Assembly (NCBI GenBank): GCA_964514165.1
Contig: CAZEPS010000004.1
Location: 1 to 48,512 of the forward strand
Origin: an uncultured Leptospirales bacterium
GTDB lineage: Bacteria; Spirochaetota; UBA4802; UBA5550
Length of the DNA: 48,512 nt
Direction of reading: 5' to 3'
The notes beneath the pieces are model-generated. The model ran no database searches. It was given only the letters and a program-made list of their open reading frames with translations, and had not been told where the DNA came from. The position numbers were made by a program, and so were the translations under genes. Each line of letters opens with the position of its first letter. Position 1 is the first letter of the stretch. Positions 1 to 9,420 of the stretch are shown here, one piece after another.

Positions 1-667
1 TTATGTTTACGGCATTTTCCTCGTCCCTGGCCTCTATGGCGCCGGTCAGCATGACATGAAAAGAAAATACCTCCTCTGCGAAAAGAGGGTTCTGGAAGAA
101 CTTCCCGGAGAGGCTGGTGTACACGTTCTTAAATGAATTAATCATCAGGGGATAGACCGTGTTGCCGGTGGCAATGGCAACCAGCAGGTGAAACTCGAAG
201 TCGAGGGCGGTCACCTCGGCGGTATCAGAGACATCAATTATTCTCTCCCTCTCGAGGAGTTCTCTCAGTTCATCAAGATTTTCGTCGGTCCGGTTCAGGG
301 CTGCCATGCGGGCGAACTCGACTTCGAGGAGCATGCGCATATCCAGGAGACTGGTAAAGAGTCCCGGTTCCAGGCTGCTTTCATGGTAGTTGATAAGGGA
401 TGAGAGCACCTCGATGGACCCCTCCCGGCGGTAGTCGTTCACCACGGCACCCACCCTGGGTATCATGGTCACCAGGCCCTTGGAAGCGAGGTCCACAAGC
501 CCCTCGTGGACAACGGGCCTGCTGACCCCGAGCTCCATGGCGAGTTCCCTCTCAGACAGCAGCTTCTGGCCGATTTTGATCTTTCCTGAGAGGATAAGGT
601 CCTCAAACCGGGACACGAAAACATCCTTCAGGCTGTCCGCTTTCAGTGGCTCAAGTAGTGAATGCAT
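1..667 (-). CDS. FadR/GntR-family transcriptional regulator (3'-truncated by window edge; not in ORF track)
   Basis: Manual translation from ATG at 667: MHSLLEPLKADSLKDVFVSRFEDLILSGKIKIGQKLLSERELAMELGVSRPVVHEGLVDLASKGLV, a GntR wHTH. The downstream DFEFH segment fits an FCD domain. The frame stays open to position 1. Confidence 0.9.
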   Translation of the reverse strand, partial: MHSLLEPLKADSLKDVFVSRFEDLILSGKIKIGQKLLSERELAMELGVSRPVVHEGLVDLASKGLVTMIPRVGAVVNDYRREGSIEVLSSLINYHESSLEPGLFTSLLDMRMLLEVEFARMAALNRTDENLDELRELLERERIIDVSDTAEVTALDFEFHLLVAIATGNTVYPLMINSFKNVYTSLSGKFFQNPLFAEEVFSFHVMLTGAIEARDEENAVNI

Positions 668-682
668 AATCCTAACTTAGTG

Positions 683-700
683 GCTGGTGGTATTACCAGC
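683..700. promoter_or_regulatory. Putative FadR-subfamily operator (TGGT-N3-ACCA)
   Basis: Imperfect palindrome GCTGGTGGTATTACCAGC with core TGGTATTACCA at 688-698, about 20 bp upstream of the regulator's own start codon. Confidence 0.55.
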
Positions 701-788
701 TACAATCTACTCTCAATTGAATACTATGTCAAATTATTTTTTACAAATTGGCCTGAAACAATTCCCTGTTCCCTGAACATTCAAGTTG

Positions 789-816
789 TTGACAGGATGG
801 TGTTCAATACTAGAAT
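789..816 (+). promoter_or_regulatory. Sigma70-type promoter for the 859 gene
   Basis: TTGACA (789-794), 16-nt spacer, TAGAAT (811-816). Confidence 0.55.
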
Positions 817-858
817 TAGTTCGGTTCGATACAAAAAAAGAAACACAACAAATCCGAC

Positions 859-2001
859 ATGACCCATCTGCGAGAACTCCATAACGACTTCTTTTCAAAC
901 AGTTACCTGAGAATTATCATAACCCTGGTAATGATAACCGCCTTTTCATTCGGCTTCATGGATCTCTTCATCAAGGGTAATTTCGAAAGGCTGCACATTT
1001 TTTTATTCAACCTTACCACCGGCGGTTCAATTATTATCTACTTCACAGAAAACAGAAGATTCCCTTCCCTGAGGAACATCTTCTTCTTTCTACTGAGTAT
1101 CGTGTACGCGGTGGCGGCCTTTCTCCATTACTACCATATCGCGGTTGCCATTACTCTGATCCTCTTTGTGACTGTTGAATCGATTCGTATACAGCGCTTC
1201 TCATTTTTCCCGTGGATTTTCTTCAGGGTTCAAGGAAAAACCTCTGAAAAATTCCACCAGGCATCGGTACTCTGCCTCTCCATGGCCCTGTTAATCGCGT
1301 CCATTGTCATACTGAATGAAAAATTTTATCACTGGTTCCACTATGAAAAACTGACTCTCAACGTTTTTTTTCTCGGATTTTCCTTTCCCGTTTCACTGAT
1401 AACCATGTCAGTCATGTTCTCATTCTTCCAGGAGGAGGAAAAGAAGCGGAGACGCCACCTCATTGAGCATCTGATTTTCTGGATCATCAACCTCGGGGTC
1501 ATCACGTTTTTCGTATTCATTATACTGAAGATTTTCGTACTCGAGTTTGCCATAGCTTCCATACTCGCTCTGGCGGTCATCACCACTTTCTTTTTTTTCT
1601 TCCGCCACGGGATCAACATCCAGCCAAAAAAGTTTCTGGTGTCGGGGATTTCCTTTCTCATGATGACCGCCATAACAGGAATCCTGTACATACCCCTGAA
1701 AAGGCTTCCCGAGGCTTACGAATCGGGCAGGGTCTTCCTGCTGATGATGCATTCATACCTTTCACTCTATGGATGGAACCTCAGCGGTCTCCTGGTCATC
1801 ATGAGATGGAAGGATTTCCCCATCAGGCTTAACTCCCTGGCGTTTATACTCTTTCACTGGCTTATAATTTTTCTTATCGCCCCCCTCGGCCACAGCTACC
1901 GGGGGTTCGCTGTCTTGGCTGTAATCGCCTACAGCCTCTTTCTCATATTCTTCTTCATCAGCAAAAAGGACGACGCCATACTAGACCACCAACAGTTTTA
2001 A
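859..2001 (+). CDS. Hypothetical polytopic membrane protein (about 12 TM)
   Basis: 380-aa ORF made almost entirely of hydrophobic segments, with several His residues in or next to the helices. Confidence 0.85.
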   Translation: MTHLRELHNDFFSNSYLRIIITLVMITAFSFGFMDLFIKGNFERLHIFLFNLTTGGSIIIYFTENRRFPSLRNIFFFLLSIVYAVAAFLHYYHIAVAITLILFVTVESIRIQRFSFFPWIFFRVQGKTSEKFHQASVLCLSMALLIASIVILNEKFYHWFHYEKLTLNVFFLGFSFPVSLITMSVMFSFFQEEEKKRRRHLIEHLIFWIINLGVITFFVFIILKIFVLEFAIASILALAVITTFFFFFRHGINIQPKKFLVSGISFLMMTAITGILYIPLKRLPEAYESGRVFLLMMHSYLSLYGWNLSGLLVIMRWKDFPIRLNSLAFILFHWLIIFLIAPLGHSYRGFAVLAVIAYSLFLIFFFISKKDDAILDHQQF

Positions 2002-2066
2002 CCAGCACAGGTTTTCCCGCAGTGTTTTCCATCATTTCCCGGCACTACAAAACCGACAATTTCGGC

Positions 2067-2095
2067 TTGACTTAAATGTTCCGGCGGTGTAACCT
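2067..2095 (+). promoter_or_regulatory. Sigma70-type promoter for the PP2C gene
   Basis: TTGACT, 17-nt spacer, TAACCT. Confidence 0.4.
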
Positions 2096-2115
2096 TATCT
2101 CCGGTTGATTCTGCG

Positions 2116-4758
2116 ATGTCCATAACCAGCACATTTTACCAGAACTTTTATTCAGTCTGTTCGCTGATACCGGTAACCTTTAACCTTTCACTGGCAGTGA
2201 TATTCCTGTCCATCAGGAATAAATCTAAAGCGACGATTCATTTCGGCGTTACGTTCCTTTTTCTAACTATTTTCAACGCCGGCTACTTTTTTGCCTCTAT
2301 GGCATACCATCCCCTTGCCGCCTATCACCGGTACCTGACCCTCGGTTTTATCCTTTTTCCCTTTATTCATTTCACCCTTTTCTTATTTTACTACCCGGAT
2401 GAAGTCTATAAAAAGATCCCGTGGATAATCGGCCCTCTCCTCTATGTGGTATCCATTATTCTTACCGCGATCTTTGTTGTCATAACCAAGGAGAGCGGCA
2501 TCGTTTTTCATTTTGACGGCCACTATTTTGATTTTGACGCTGACGAATACAGCAGGACTTTCGGAATAGTAATACTCGCCTACCTTGCAATATTCTTCAT
2601 TACCGGGATATGGCGGACCATCATCACAAAAACAGCCGAACGCTGGGCGGTACTTTCCATTACCCTGGTCATGTTCGCGAGCATTCTCGTCCCCGGGATG
2701 ACCAATACCCTGAGCAGGGAGGGCGCGGTCGGAAGGGACCTGTACCAGATAACCCTTGATCTGTTCGTGATTTTCGGATTTTTTATCGTTGCCATCATAT
2801 ACATTAACACAACCAGGGACAGGACGAATTTCATAACCAAGATAATCGCGATCACCCTGGCCACCATGCTCCTGGTTTTTCAGGGTCTCAGTTACTTCTC
2901 ACTTCAAGATCTGGAACAGGCCTATGACGCCGGTAGAAAGAGGGACCTTCTCCTGGCGACCAGAACCGGCTTTGTTCCTGACGGATTGAAATACGCTGCA
3001 TCATACTCCCTGAGCGAAAACAGCTTTCTCGACAACGGTAACCAGCTGTCTGATATTCTCACCAGGGAAACTGAGCAGCAAATGAGAAATACCTTTTTCT
3101 ATGAGCTCCTTCGTTCTTCCACCAGGGAAGACTACTATTCCCTGATGGAAGAAAAAAATACCATCACCGGAATTTTCTTTGAAGGATACCGGAGAACGAT
3201 TACGGACATTTTAAACGCGGTTCCTGTCGACCATCCGAATCCAGCCGAACTGGTCCTCGTTAAAATCAGTGAACTTGAGCGTCCGATTCGCTACGCCAGG
3301 AAAAAAATTAGACAGCTTCCGGAGAAAAATTTTTCAATGAACCTCAGGGAATACCTGCCGGGGATGAGCGGTGATCTCCGCCATTTCCGGGACGTCATTT
3401 CAGAATATACGGAAGAGAACGTAGAAACCGATCCAGATCTCAAGAAATCGATTCTATCCTTTTTCGCTCCCATGGAACCGGAGTTTACGAGGATATACAG
3501 AACCGGTGACCGTCATACCCATTATGTGTCCTACATGGATGCTGACCTCGAAAACGACACTGTTCATGAAGCTGGTTTTACCTACGTGTCATATCGTGAG
3601 TATATCCATCCTACCTCGATGAAACTGATAATCATGCTCGGCATAATCATTGCGGTAATATTTATCGGATTCAGGCTGTTCTTCATCGGTGCCTTTGTAC
3701 GGCCCCTGCGGTCCATACTCTCAGCCATGGATCTTATCCGGGCAGGTGACACGAAAGTACAGGTTCCGGTCAGGGTCGAGGATGAAATCGGTGTAATAAC
3801 CCATAATTTCAACCGCATGGCATATTCAATCAGAACGGCAAGCAAAGGTCTGGACTACTACGCCGAACACCTGGAAGAGATGGTGGACGAGCGAACAAAG
3901 GAACTCACCAGGACAAACCAGGAACTTGAAGCCGCCATGTCCATAATGGAGGCGATGAACGAGGACCTGGTAACGACAAACAGGGAACTGAAAGAGGCGC
4001 AGCGAATAGCCTTCCTTGACATGCAGATGGCCATAAACGTGCAGTCCAGTTTCTTTCCGAAGATCCCACCCCGGACCAGGGACTGGGACATAGCCTACGT
4101 GTTCATCCCGATGGCTGGTGTATCCGGGGACATGTATGATTTTTACATACGGGACGGGAAACTGGACGGCATTTCACTCTTTGACGTCTCGGGTCATGGT
4201 ATCGCCTCTGGACTCATAACCATGATCGCCAAGAGCATTGTCTTCAGGGTTTTTTACGAGAATTACGATCTTAAGCTGAACAGGATTATCGAGAAGGTAA
4301 ACGATGAGATAACGAAGGAAATAGGTAATGTGGACAATTATCTGACCGGATGCATTCTCCGTTTCAAGGAGGATGTCATAGAGTACGTAAATGCCGGGCA
4401 TACTGACCCGGTTTACATGGGACACAGAACCGGACACACGAAACTCGTGTACGTGAAGGAAAAAACAGCAAAAGGGATGTTCCTCGGCATCGAAGACATG
4501 AAGGACAGCTTCACGGTTATTAATTTCTTTATGGAACAGGGGGACTACCTTCTTCTTTATTCAGACGGCCTCCTCGAGGCAAAAAGTCCCGGTGACGAGG
4601 AGTACGGCATTGAGAGGGTCATGAACTCAATCAAGGAAGCGAGGGGCAGGCCGGCGAAAACCGTTCTTGAAAAGGTCATACAAGACATGTACAGGCATGC
4701 CGAAACTGACAGGCTACAGGACGATCTTACCGCGATTCTTCTCCGCAGACTTACCTGA
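2116..4758 (+). CDS. Membrane-bound SpoIIE/RsbU-type PP2C phosphatase with N-terminal multi-TM sensor and HAMP domain
   Basis: Motifs VSGDMYD, FDVSGHG, NAGH, LYSDGLLE and QDDLT; HAMP segment EDEIGVITHNFNRM; coiled-coil linker. Confidence 0.93.
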   Translation: MSITSTFYQNFYSVCSLIPVTFNLSLAVIFLSIRNKSKATIHFGVTFLFLTIFNAGYFFASMAYHPLAAYHRYLTLGFILFPFIHFTLFLFYYPDEVYKKIPWIIGPLLYVVSIILTAIFVVITKESGIVFHFDGHYFDFDADEYSRTFGIVILAYLAIFFITGIWRTIITKTAERWAVLSITLVMFASILVPGMTNTLSREGAVGRDLYQITLDLFVIFGFFIVAIIYINTTRDRTNFITKIIAITLATMLLVFQGLSYFSLQDLEQAYDAGRKRDLLLATRTGFVPDGLKYAASYSLSENSFLDNGNQLSDILTRETEQQMRNTFFYELLRSSTREDYYSLMEEKNTITGIFFEGYRRTITDILNAVPVDHPNPAELVLVKISELERPIRYARKKIRQLPEKNFSMNLREYLPGMSGDLRHFRDVISEYTEENVETDPDLKKSILSFFAPMEPEFTRIYRTGDRHTHYVSYMDADLENDTVHEAGFTYVSYREYIHPTSMKLIIMLGIIIAVIFIGFRLFFIGAFVRPLRSILSAMDLIRAGDTKVQVPVRVEDEIGVITHNFNRMAYSIRTASKGLDYYAEHLEEMVDERTKELTRTNQELEAAMSIMEAMNEDLVTTNRELKEAQRIAFLDMQMAINVQSSFFPKIPPRTRDWDIAYVFIPMAGVSGDMYDFYIRDGKLDGISLFDVSGHGIASGLITMIAKSIVFRVFYENYDLKLNRIIEKVNDEITKEIGNVDNYLTGCILRFKEDVIEYVNAGHTDPVYMGHRTGHTKLVYVKEKTAKGMFLGIEDMKDSFTVINFFMEQGDYLLLYSDGLLEAKSPGDEEYGIERVMNSIKEARGRPAKTVLEKVIQDMYRHAETDRLQDDLTAILLRRLT

Positions 4759-4919
4759 AATACTTCATCATCTATTCAAAAATCCATTATGTAAAGGGCG
4801 CATGTTCAGCATTAATAATTTTTTTTTAGGATTTTTTAATAATTATTCTTGACAGGATTACGTTTCTATAAATAGTAACACTTGTTTCTATTTATAATAA
4901 CACTTTGATCGTGACTGAA

Positions 4920-4952
4920 ATGAATTTCGATAAAAATCACTGGCGCACGTAA
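4920..4952 (+). CDS. trpL: Putative trp operon leader peptide MNFDKNHWRT
   Basis: ATG AAT TTC GAT AAA AAT CAC TGG CGC ACG TAA, upstream of a terminator hairpin and trpE. The W-R-T ending resembles E. coli TrpL (WWRTS). Confidence 0.65.
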   Translation: MNFDKNHWRT

Positions 4953-4983
4953 ACGTAACAGAACGCCCGGCTTATGTCCCTGG

Positions 4984-5008
4984 AAACACGGCTGAAGCCG
5001 TGTTTTTT
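4984..5008 (+). terminator. Intrinsic terminator (attenuator) in the trp leader
   Basis: AAACACGGC-TGAA-GCCGTGTTT stem-loop running into a T6 tract, 31 nt upstream of the trpE ATG. Confidence 0.8.
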
Positions 5009-5039
5009 GCCACAAAACTGTTTCTACAAGGAGAAACAT

Positions 5040-6518
5040 ATGCTTTTCCCTGAAATTGAAAAATTTAAAGAACTGGCGCAAAACAACAGGAGGGCCGTTG
5101 TCTACCGCGAGATAGCAGGCGACTGCGTTACCCCCATATCACTTCTCATGAGCTTTTCCGATGAGAAATCACTGTTTCTCCTGGAGAGCGCCAACATCGA
5201 CAAGAGTTTTTCGCGGTACACCTATTTCGGCATAAAGCCCAGAAAATCCGTCAGCTTCAGGAATAAAACCCTGACGGTTGAATCGAGCGAAAGGGGAATT
5301 GAATACCCGCCTGGAAATCCTGTCGATTACATCAATTCACTGATTTCACAGGCATCCTCCAACAGGGAAACAACCCTCGGGGATTTCTGCGGTGGGCTCG
5401 TAGGGTACATGGGCTACGATATGGTTAATTACATGAATATCCTCCGAAGGCCGGTCAAGGAGGATGCGGAAAACAGCATCATGCTCTTTTTTCAGATCGA
5501 CGAATTCTACGTTTTCGACAACAAGATGGGAAAATTTTACGCCGCCTGTTCAGTGGAAATTAACGGTACTGCTGAAGAATCCTATGGGCGCGGTGCCGAG
5601 CGCACCATGGAGATGGCGTCAGAGATACTTCACCTCCACAGGCGCCAGTTTAACGGCAACGAGGTCTTCCAGAGGACTGAGGATTTCAACAAGCGTTCAT
5701 TCATGAAAACGGTCAACGATCTGAAGAATGAAATCGTCAACGGCGAGTGCATACAAACCGTGCTCTCGAACAGATACGAGATCGAATGCAGCATCAATCC
5801 AATCAACCTGTATAGAACACTGAGAAACATCAACCCTTCGCCCTACATGTTCTACATCAAGCACGGTGACGAAATCCTCTGCGGGACATCCCCCGAGGTG
5901 CACCTCAAGCTCTCTGACAACACAGCCGTATTGAGACCGATAGCCGGCACCTACCGCGCGAACGGACATGATACCGAAGAAGTAAAGCAGCGTCTCCTCG
6001 AGGACGAGAAAGAGCGGGCTGAGCACCTGATGCTCCTCGACCTGGCAAGGAACGATCTCTACAGCGGGTGCAGAACTGAAACCGTTGCGGTGACGAAATC
6101 CTTTACCGCCGAAGTCTACTCCCACCTCATTCATATCGTGTCCGAGGTGCAGGGAAGGAAAAGGGACGACACTACCCCCATGGGCCTCTTCTGTAAAACC
6201 TTCCCGGCCGGAACCGTTACCGGCGCTCCAAAGGTCCGGGCTATGGAACTCATCGACGAGCACGAAATCTCTCCCCGGGGGTTTTACGCGGGATGCGCCG
6301 GCTATTTCTCCTACAGCCAGGACATGGATACCTGCATAATCATCAGAAGCGCCATGATAAAAAATGACCGGGTTATACTGAGGGCCGGCGCCGGAATCGT
6401 CTACGACAGCGTACCGGACAAAGAATACGACGAAGTGGGTGTCAAGCTCGGCGCCCTCAACGATTCACTTGAACAATTAAACATACTGGAGAAGAAAAAT
6501 GTTTTTATTGATAGATAA
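5040..6518 (+). CDS. trpE: Anthranilate synthase component I
   Basis: Motifs LLESA, NPSPYM, RPIAGT, AEHLMLLDLARND and FPAGTVTGAPK. Start placed at ATG 5040 after the AAGGAG SD, not at 4974. Confidence 0.96.
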   Translation: MLFPEIEKFKELAQNNRRAVVYREIAGDCVTPISLLMSFSDEKSLFLLESANIDKSFSRYTYFGIKPRKSVSFRNKTLTVESSERGIEYPPGNPVDYINSLISQASSNRETTLGDFCGGLVGYMGYDMVNYMNILRRPVKEDAENSIMLFFQIDEFYVFDNKMGKFYAACSVEINGTAEESYGRGAERTMEMASEILHLHRRQFNGNEVFQRTEDFNKRSFMKTVNDLKNEIVNGECIQTVLSNRYEIECSINPINLYRTLRNINPSPYMFYIKHGDEILCGTSPEVHLKLSDNTAVLRPIAGTYRANGHDTEEVKQRLLEDEKERAEHLMLLDLARNDLYSGCRTETVAVTKSFTAEVYSHLIHIVSEVQGRKRDDTTPMGLFCKTFPAGTVTGAPKVRAMELIDEHEISPRGFYAGCAGYFSYSQDMDTCIIIRSAMIKNDRVILRAGAGIVYDSVPDKEYDEVGVKLGALNDSLEQLNILEKKNVFIDR

Positions 6519-8118
6519 CTACGACTCGTTCACCTACAACCTCTACGCCCTGTTCAGGAGCTGCGGCGCCGCCTGTGACGTGATAAAAAACGACACCTAT
6601 GTTCCTGCTGACGACTATGACGGAATCATCCTTTCCCCCGGGCCCTCCTCCCCGGAGAACGCTGGTACGACACTTGAATACCTGAAAAACTACACGGGAA
6701 AGATGCCGATCTTCGGTGTCTGCCTCGGGATGCAGTGCATCGCCTATTCACGGAATTACGCGATCCGGAAGGCGTCCACGGTAAAGCACGGCAAGGTTGA
6801 CTCTGTTTCCATAACCAGGGACTCGGTCCTCTTTACCGGCCTTCCCCGAAACTTCAAGGTGGTGCGGTACCACTCCCTCGCTGCCGACCTGGACGATACC
6901 ACGGCCACCTCCCGGTCATTGAGCGACAATACACCCATGTCATACGAGGATTTCGAAAACAGGCTCTTCGGTGTCCAGTTCCACCCCGAATCCATCATGG
7001 GTGAACACGGGGAGGCAATCGTGAACAACTTTCTCCGATATATCGAATACCCGGCATCAAAAAGCAGAAAAACCGCCGGCCCCATTACTGAAAAAGAATC
7101 AACCGTCAATTCGGAAGTTACGGGTAGCGGGAGAAAAAAGATGTCATCGCCCGCAGGCAGGCCCGGTTTGTACGGACAAGAGGTATTCGACGATATGTTA
7201 ACCGGGAAATTATCAGACGTCGAAACAGCCTCTATACTCCTGGCCATGAAACACCGGGGGGAAACACCTGAAGAACTCGCGGCCCTCGCAACAGTGCTCA
7301 ACCGGCACAAGAAGATCTTTGACGCGGGGGACAAACCCTGTGTCGACTCCTGCGGAACCGGGGGTGACGGAAAATCAACGATCAACGTCTCAACCGCGGT
7401 CAGTATCATCCTCGCCTCGATGAAACAGAACGTGGTAAAGCACGGCAATTCGGCCCAGAGCGGAAGGGTCGGATCAGCTGACATCCTTACTGAACTCGGC
7501 TTTGATTTCACCTATCCGGGCACTTCGCCTGAAGAATTCTTCGAGCGGAACAATTACGTCTTCATGATGGCCCCGCACTATCACCCGGCCCTGAAAAACA
7601 TCGGCAGGATACGGAAAGAGCTGAAGGTGCCGACCATTTTCAATTTCGCGGGGCCCCTGGTGAATCCCGCTGACCCTGACTTCCAGGTTATCGGGATAAA
7701 CAGCCGTGATCGAATCGATCTCTTCGCGGAGACCCTCACCATGCTGGGAAAGAACAACGTAACCGTGTATTCTTCCCATGACGGGTTCGACGAGATCTCC
7801 TCCATGGACAGAACCGAATGCGTCACGGTCCGGGACGGAAATCTCATACGCTTTACCCTTGACCCCGCAGATTTTTTTACTCCCTTTGACATGCCCGTCG
7901 TCGAGGACACGGCCCGGGCCCGGGACTGTTTCATCTCTGGAATCAGCGGTTCCAGCGGGAACATGACAAACCTCCTGGCCCTGAATACCGCCCTGGCACT
8001 CCATACCATGAACGGTGAAGATATTCACGGCATTTTCCTCACTGCCAGGGAACACATACTGAGCGGAGCGGCCATGGAAAAACTTGCCGCCTTGACAGGA
8101 AAGGCCCATGTATCTTGA
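6499..8118 (+). CDS. trpGD: Bifunctional anthranilate synthase component II / anthranilate phosphoribosyltransferase (TrpG-TrpD fusion)
   Basis: N-terminal GATase motifs (IDNYDSFTYN, GVCLGMQ, QFHPES) and C-terminal TrpD motifs (CGTGGDG, TINVST, KHGN, GSAD). Confidence 0.95.
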   Translation: MFLLIDNYDSFTYNLYALFRSCGAACDVIKNDTYVPADDYDGIILSPGPSSPENAGTTLEYLKNYTGKMPIFGVCLGMQCIAYSRNYAIRKASTVKHGKVDSVSITRDSVLFTGLPRNFKVVRYHSLAADLDDTTATSRSLSDNTPMSYEDFENRLFGVQFHPESIMGEHGEAIVNNFLRYIEYPASKSRKTAGPITEKESTVNSEVTGSGRKKMSSPAGRPGLYGQEVFDDMLTGKLSDVETASILLAMKHRGETPEELAALATVLNRHKKIFDAGDKPCVDSCGTGGDGKSTINVSTAVSIILASMKQNVVKHGNSAQSGRVGSADILTELGFDFTYPGTSPEEFFERNNYVFMMAPHYHPALKNIGRIRKELKVPTIFNFAGPLVNPADPDFQVIGINSRDRIDLFAETLTMLGKNNVTVYSSHDGFDEISSMDRTECVTVRDGNLIRFTLDPADFFTPFDMPVVEDTARARDCFISGISGSSGNMTNLLALNTALALHTMNGEDIHGIFLTAREHILSGAAMEKLAALTGKAHVS

Positions 8119-8857
8119 TACAATCATACATCACAAGAGACGGGAGATCGCGTCCCTGCCGCGTTTTCCGGGTAAAAGGACCAGGGAGATCCATGACCCG
8201 GCAGGTTTTCTGGAAAAAAAACCGGTCATCGCCGAGATAAAAAAGTCGTCTCCTTCGGAAGGGGTTATACAAAGTGACCCCGACATTATTGGAATCACAC
8301 GGCAGTACCAGGCTGCCGGTGCCGGGGCCATAAGCGTGCTCACCGACCGCCGGTTCTTCAGCGGGGACATCAGCGACATCAAACTCATCGCAGAACATAT
8401 CGAGATACCGATCCTCTGCAAGGACTTCATCCTCGACGAGGTCCAGATCCTGAACGCCTTTACCGCCGGGGCGGACATGGTACTCCTCGTAGCAGCAGCC
8501 CTCGGCAGGGAGGAACTGAAACGCCTGTCATACAGGGCCCGTTCCCTCGGGCTCACGGTCCTGTACGAGATTCACACCCTGGAGGAATTCGAGAAAATAG
8601 AAAACCTCAACCCCCGCCTGGTCGGGGTCAATTCCCGTAATCTCAGAACATTCAGGATAGACATGAACGGGGCTGCCGAAATCCTGTCCAGCCTCAGGGG
8701 AAATTTTCTCAGGGTTGCCGAGAGCGGGATATCCGGCCCCGAAGACATCGCGTTTCTGAAAAGGGCCGGTGCCGAGGCCTTCCTCGTCGGGACCCTCCTC
8801 ATGAGGTCTGCTGACCCTGAAGCCCTCATTGCTGAACTGACCGGGGCCGCGCTGTGA
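8108..8857 (+). CDS. trpC: Indole-3-glycerol phosphate synthase
   Basis: IAEIKKSSPSEG, LCKDFI, GVNSRNL, VAESGI. Confidence 0.96.
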   Translation: MYLDTIIHHKRREIASLPRFPGKRTREIHDPAGFLEKKPVIAEIKKSSPSEGVIQSDPDIIGITRQYQAAGAGAISVLTDRRFFSGDISDIKLIAEHIEIPILCKDFILDEVQILNAFTAGADMVLLVAAALGREELKRLSYRARSLGLTVLYEIHTLEEFEKIENLNPRLVGVNSRNLRTFRIDMNGAAEILSSLRGNFLRVAESGISGPEDIAFLKRAGAEAFLVGTLLMRSADPEALIAELTGAAL

Positions 8858-9420
8858 ACAGGGGCACATCCTTCATAAAAATCTGCGGCATGACCGAAAA
8901 GCGCCAGATAGACTGGGCAGTGGAGCTCGGGTACACGGCCGTGGGATTCGTACTGTATGAAAAGAGCCCCCGGTACGTTGCCGTCGAAGAAGCGAAAGCC
9001 CTGGCCCGGCATGCCGGTGATCGCATAAAGACCGTCGCGGTTTCTCTCCGGTTCAATGAACTGGCTGAGGTAGCCCCGTACACGGATTATATCCAGCTCT
9101 ACGAATTCGCGGAAATGGAAAATCTCATCTATGCCGGAGAATCATTCCAGGACTGTGCAAATGCGGATAACATTAAGTACCTGCTCTATGATGCGAGCAG
9201 GGGGAGCGGTTCCTGCCAGAAATTTCCCGGATGGCTCGAAGAGATCCGCGACCGTCTTATACTCTCGGGGGGCCTGACACCGGATAATGTCCGAGATGTC
9301 ATAAAAAAACACCCCTGCGCCGGCATAGACGTGTCAAGCGGGGTGGAAATAAAAAGGGGCGTAAAAGACCATGCCCTTATGAAACAGTTTATCAACGAGG
9401 TGAAACGTGCAGCAGAGTAA
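8854..9420 (+). CDS. trpF: Phosphoribosylanthranilate isomerase
   Basis: IKICGM, SPRYV, LSGGLTPDNV, IDVSSGVE. Confidence 0.95.
   Translation: MNRGTSFIKICGMTEKRQIDWAVELGYTAVGFVLYEKSPRYVAVEEAKALARHAGDRIKTVAVSLRFNELAEVAPYTDYIQLYEFAEMENLIYAGESFQDCANADNIKYLLYDASRGSGSCQKFPGWLEEIRDRLILSGGLTPDNVRDVIKKHPCAGIDVSSGVEIKRGVKDHALMKQFINEVKRAAE

Noticed and set aside
188-862. Short + strand ORFs at 188, 465 and 662, and the many antisense ORFs inside long genes
   Set aside because: They are shadow frames of well-supported genes or intergenic noise, with no recognisable motifs.
4974-5039. ORF-track N-terminal extension of trpE
   Set aside because: It runs through the attenuator terminator, and a good SD precedes ATG 5040.
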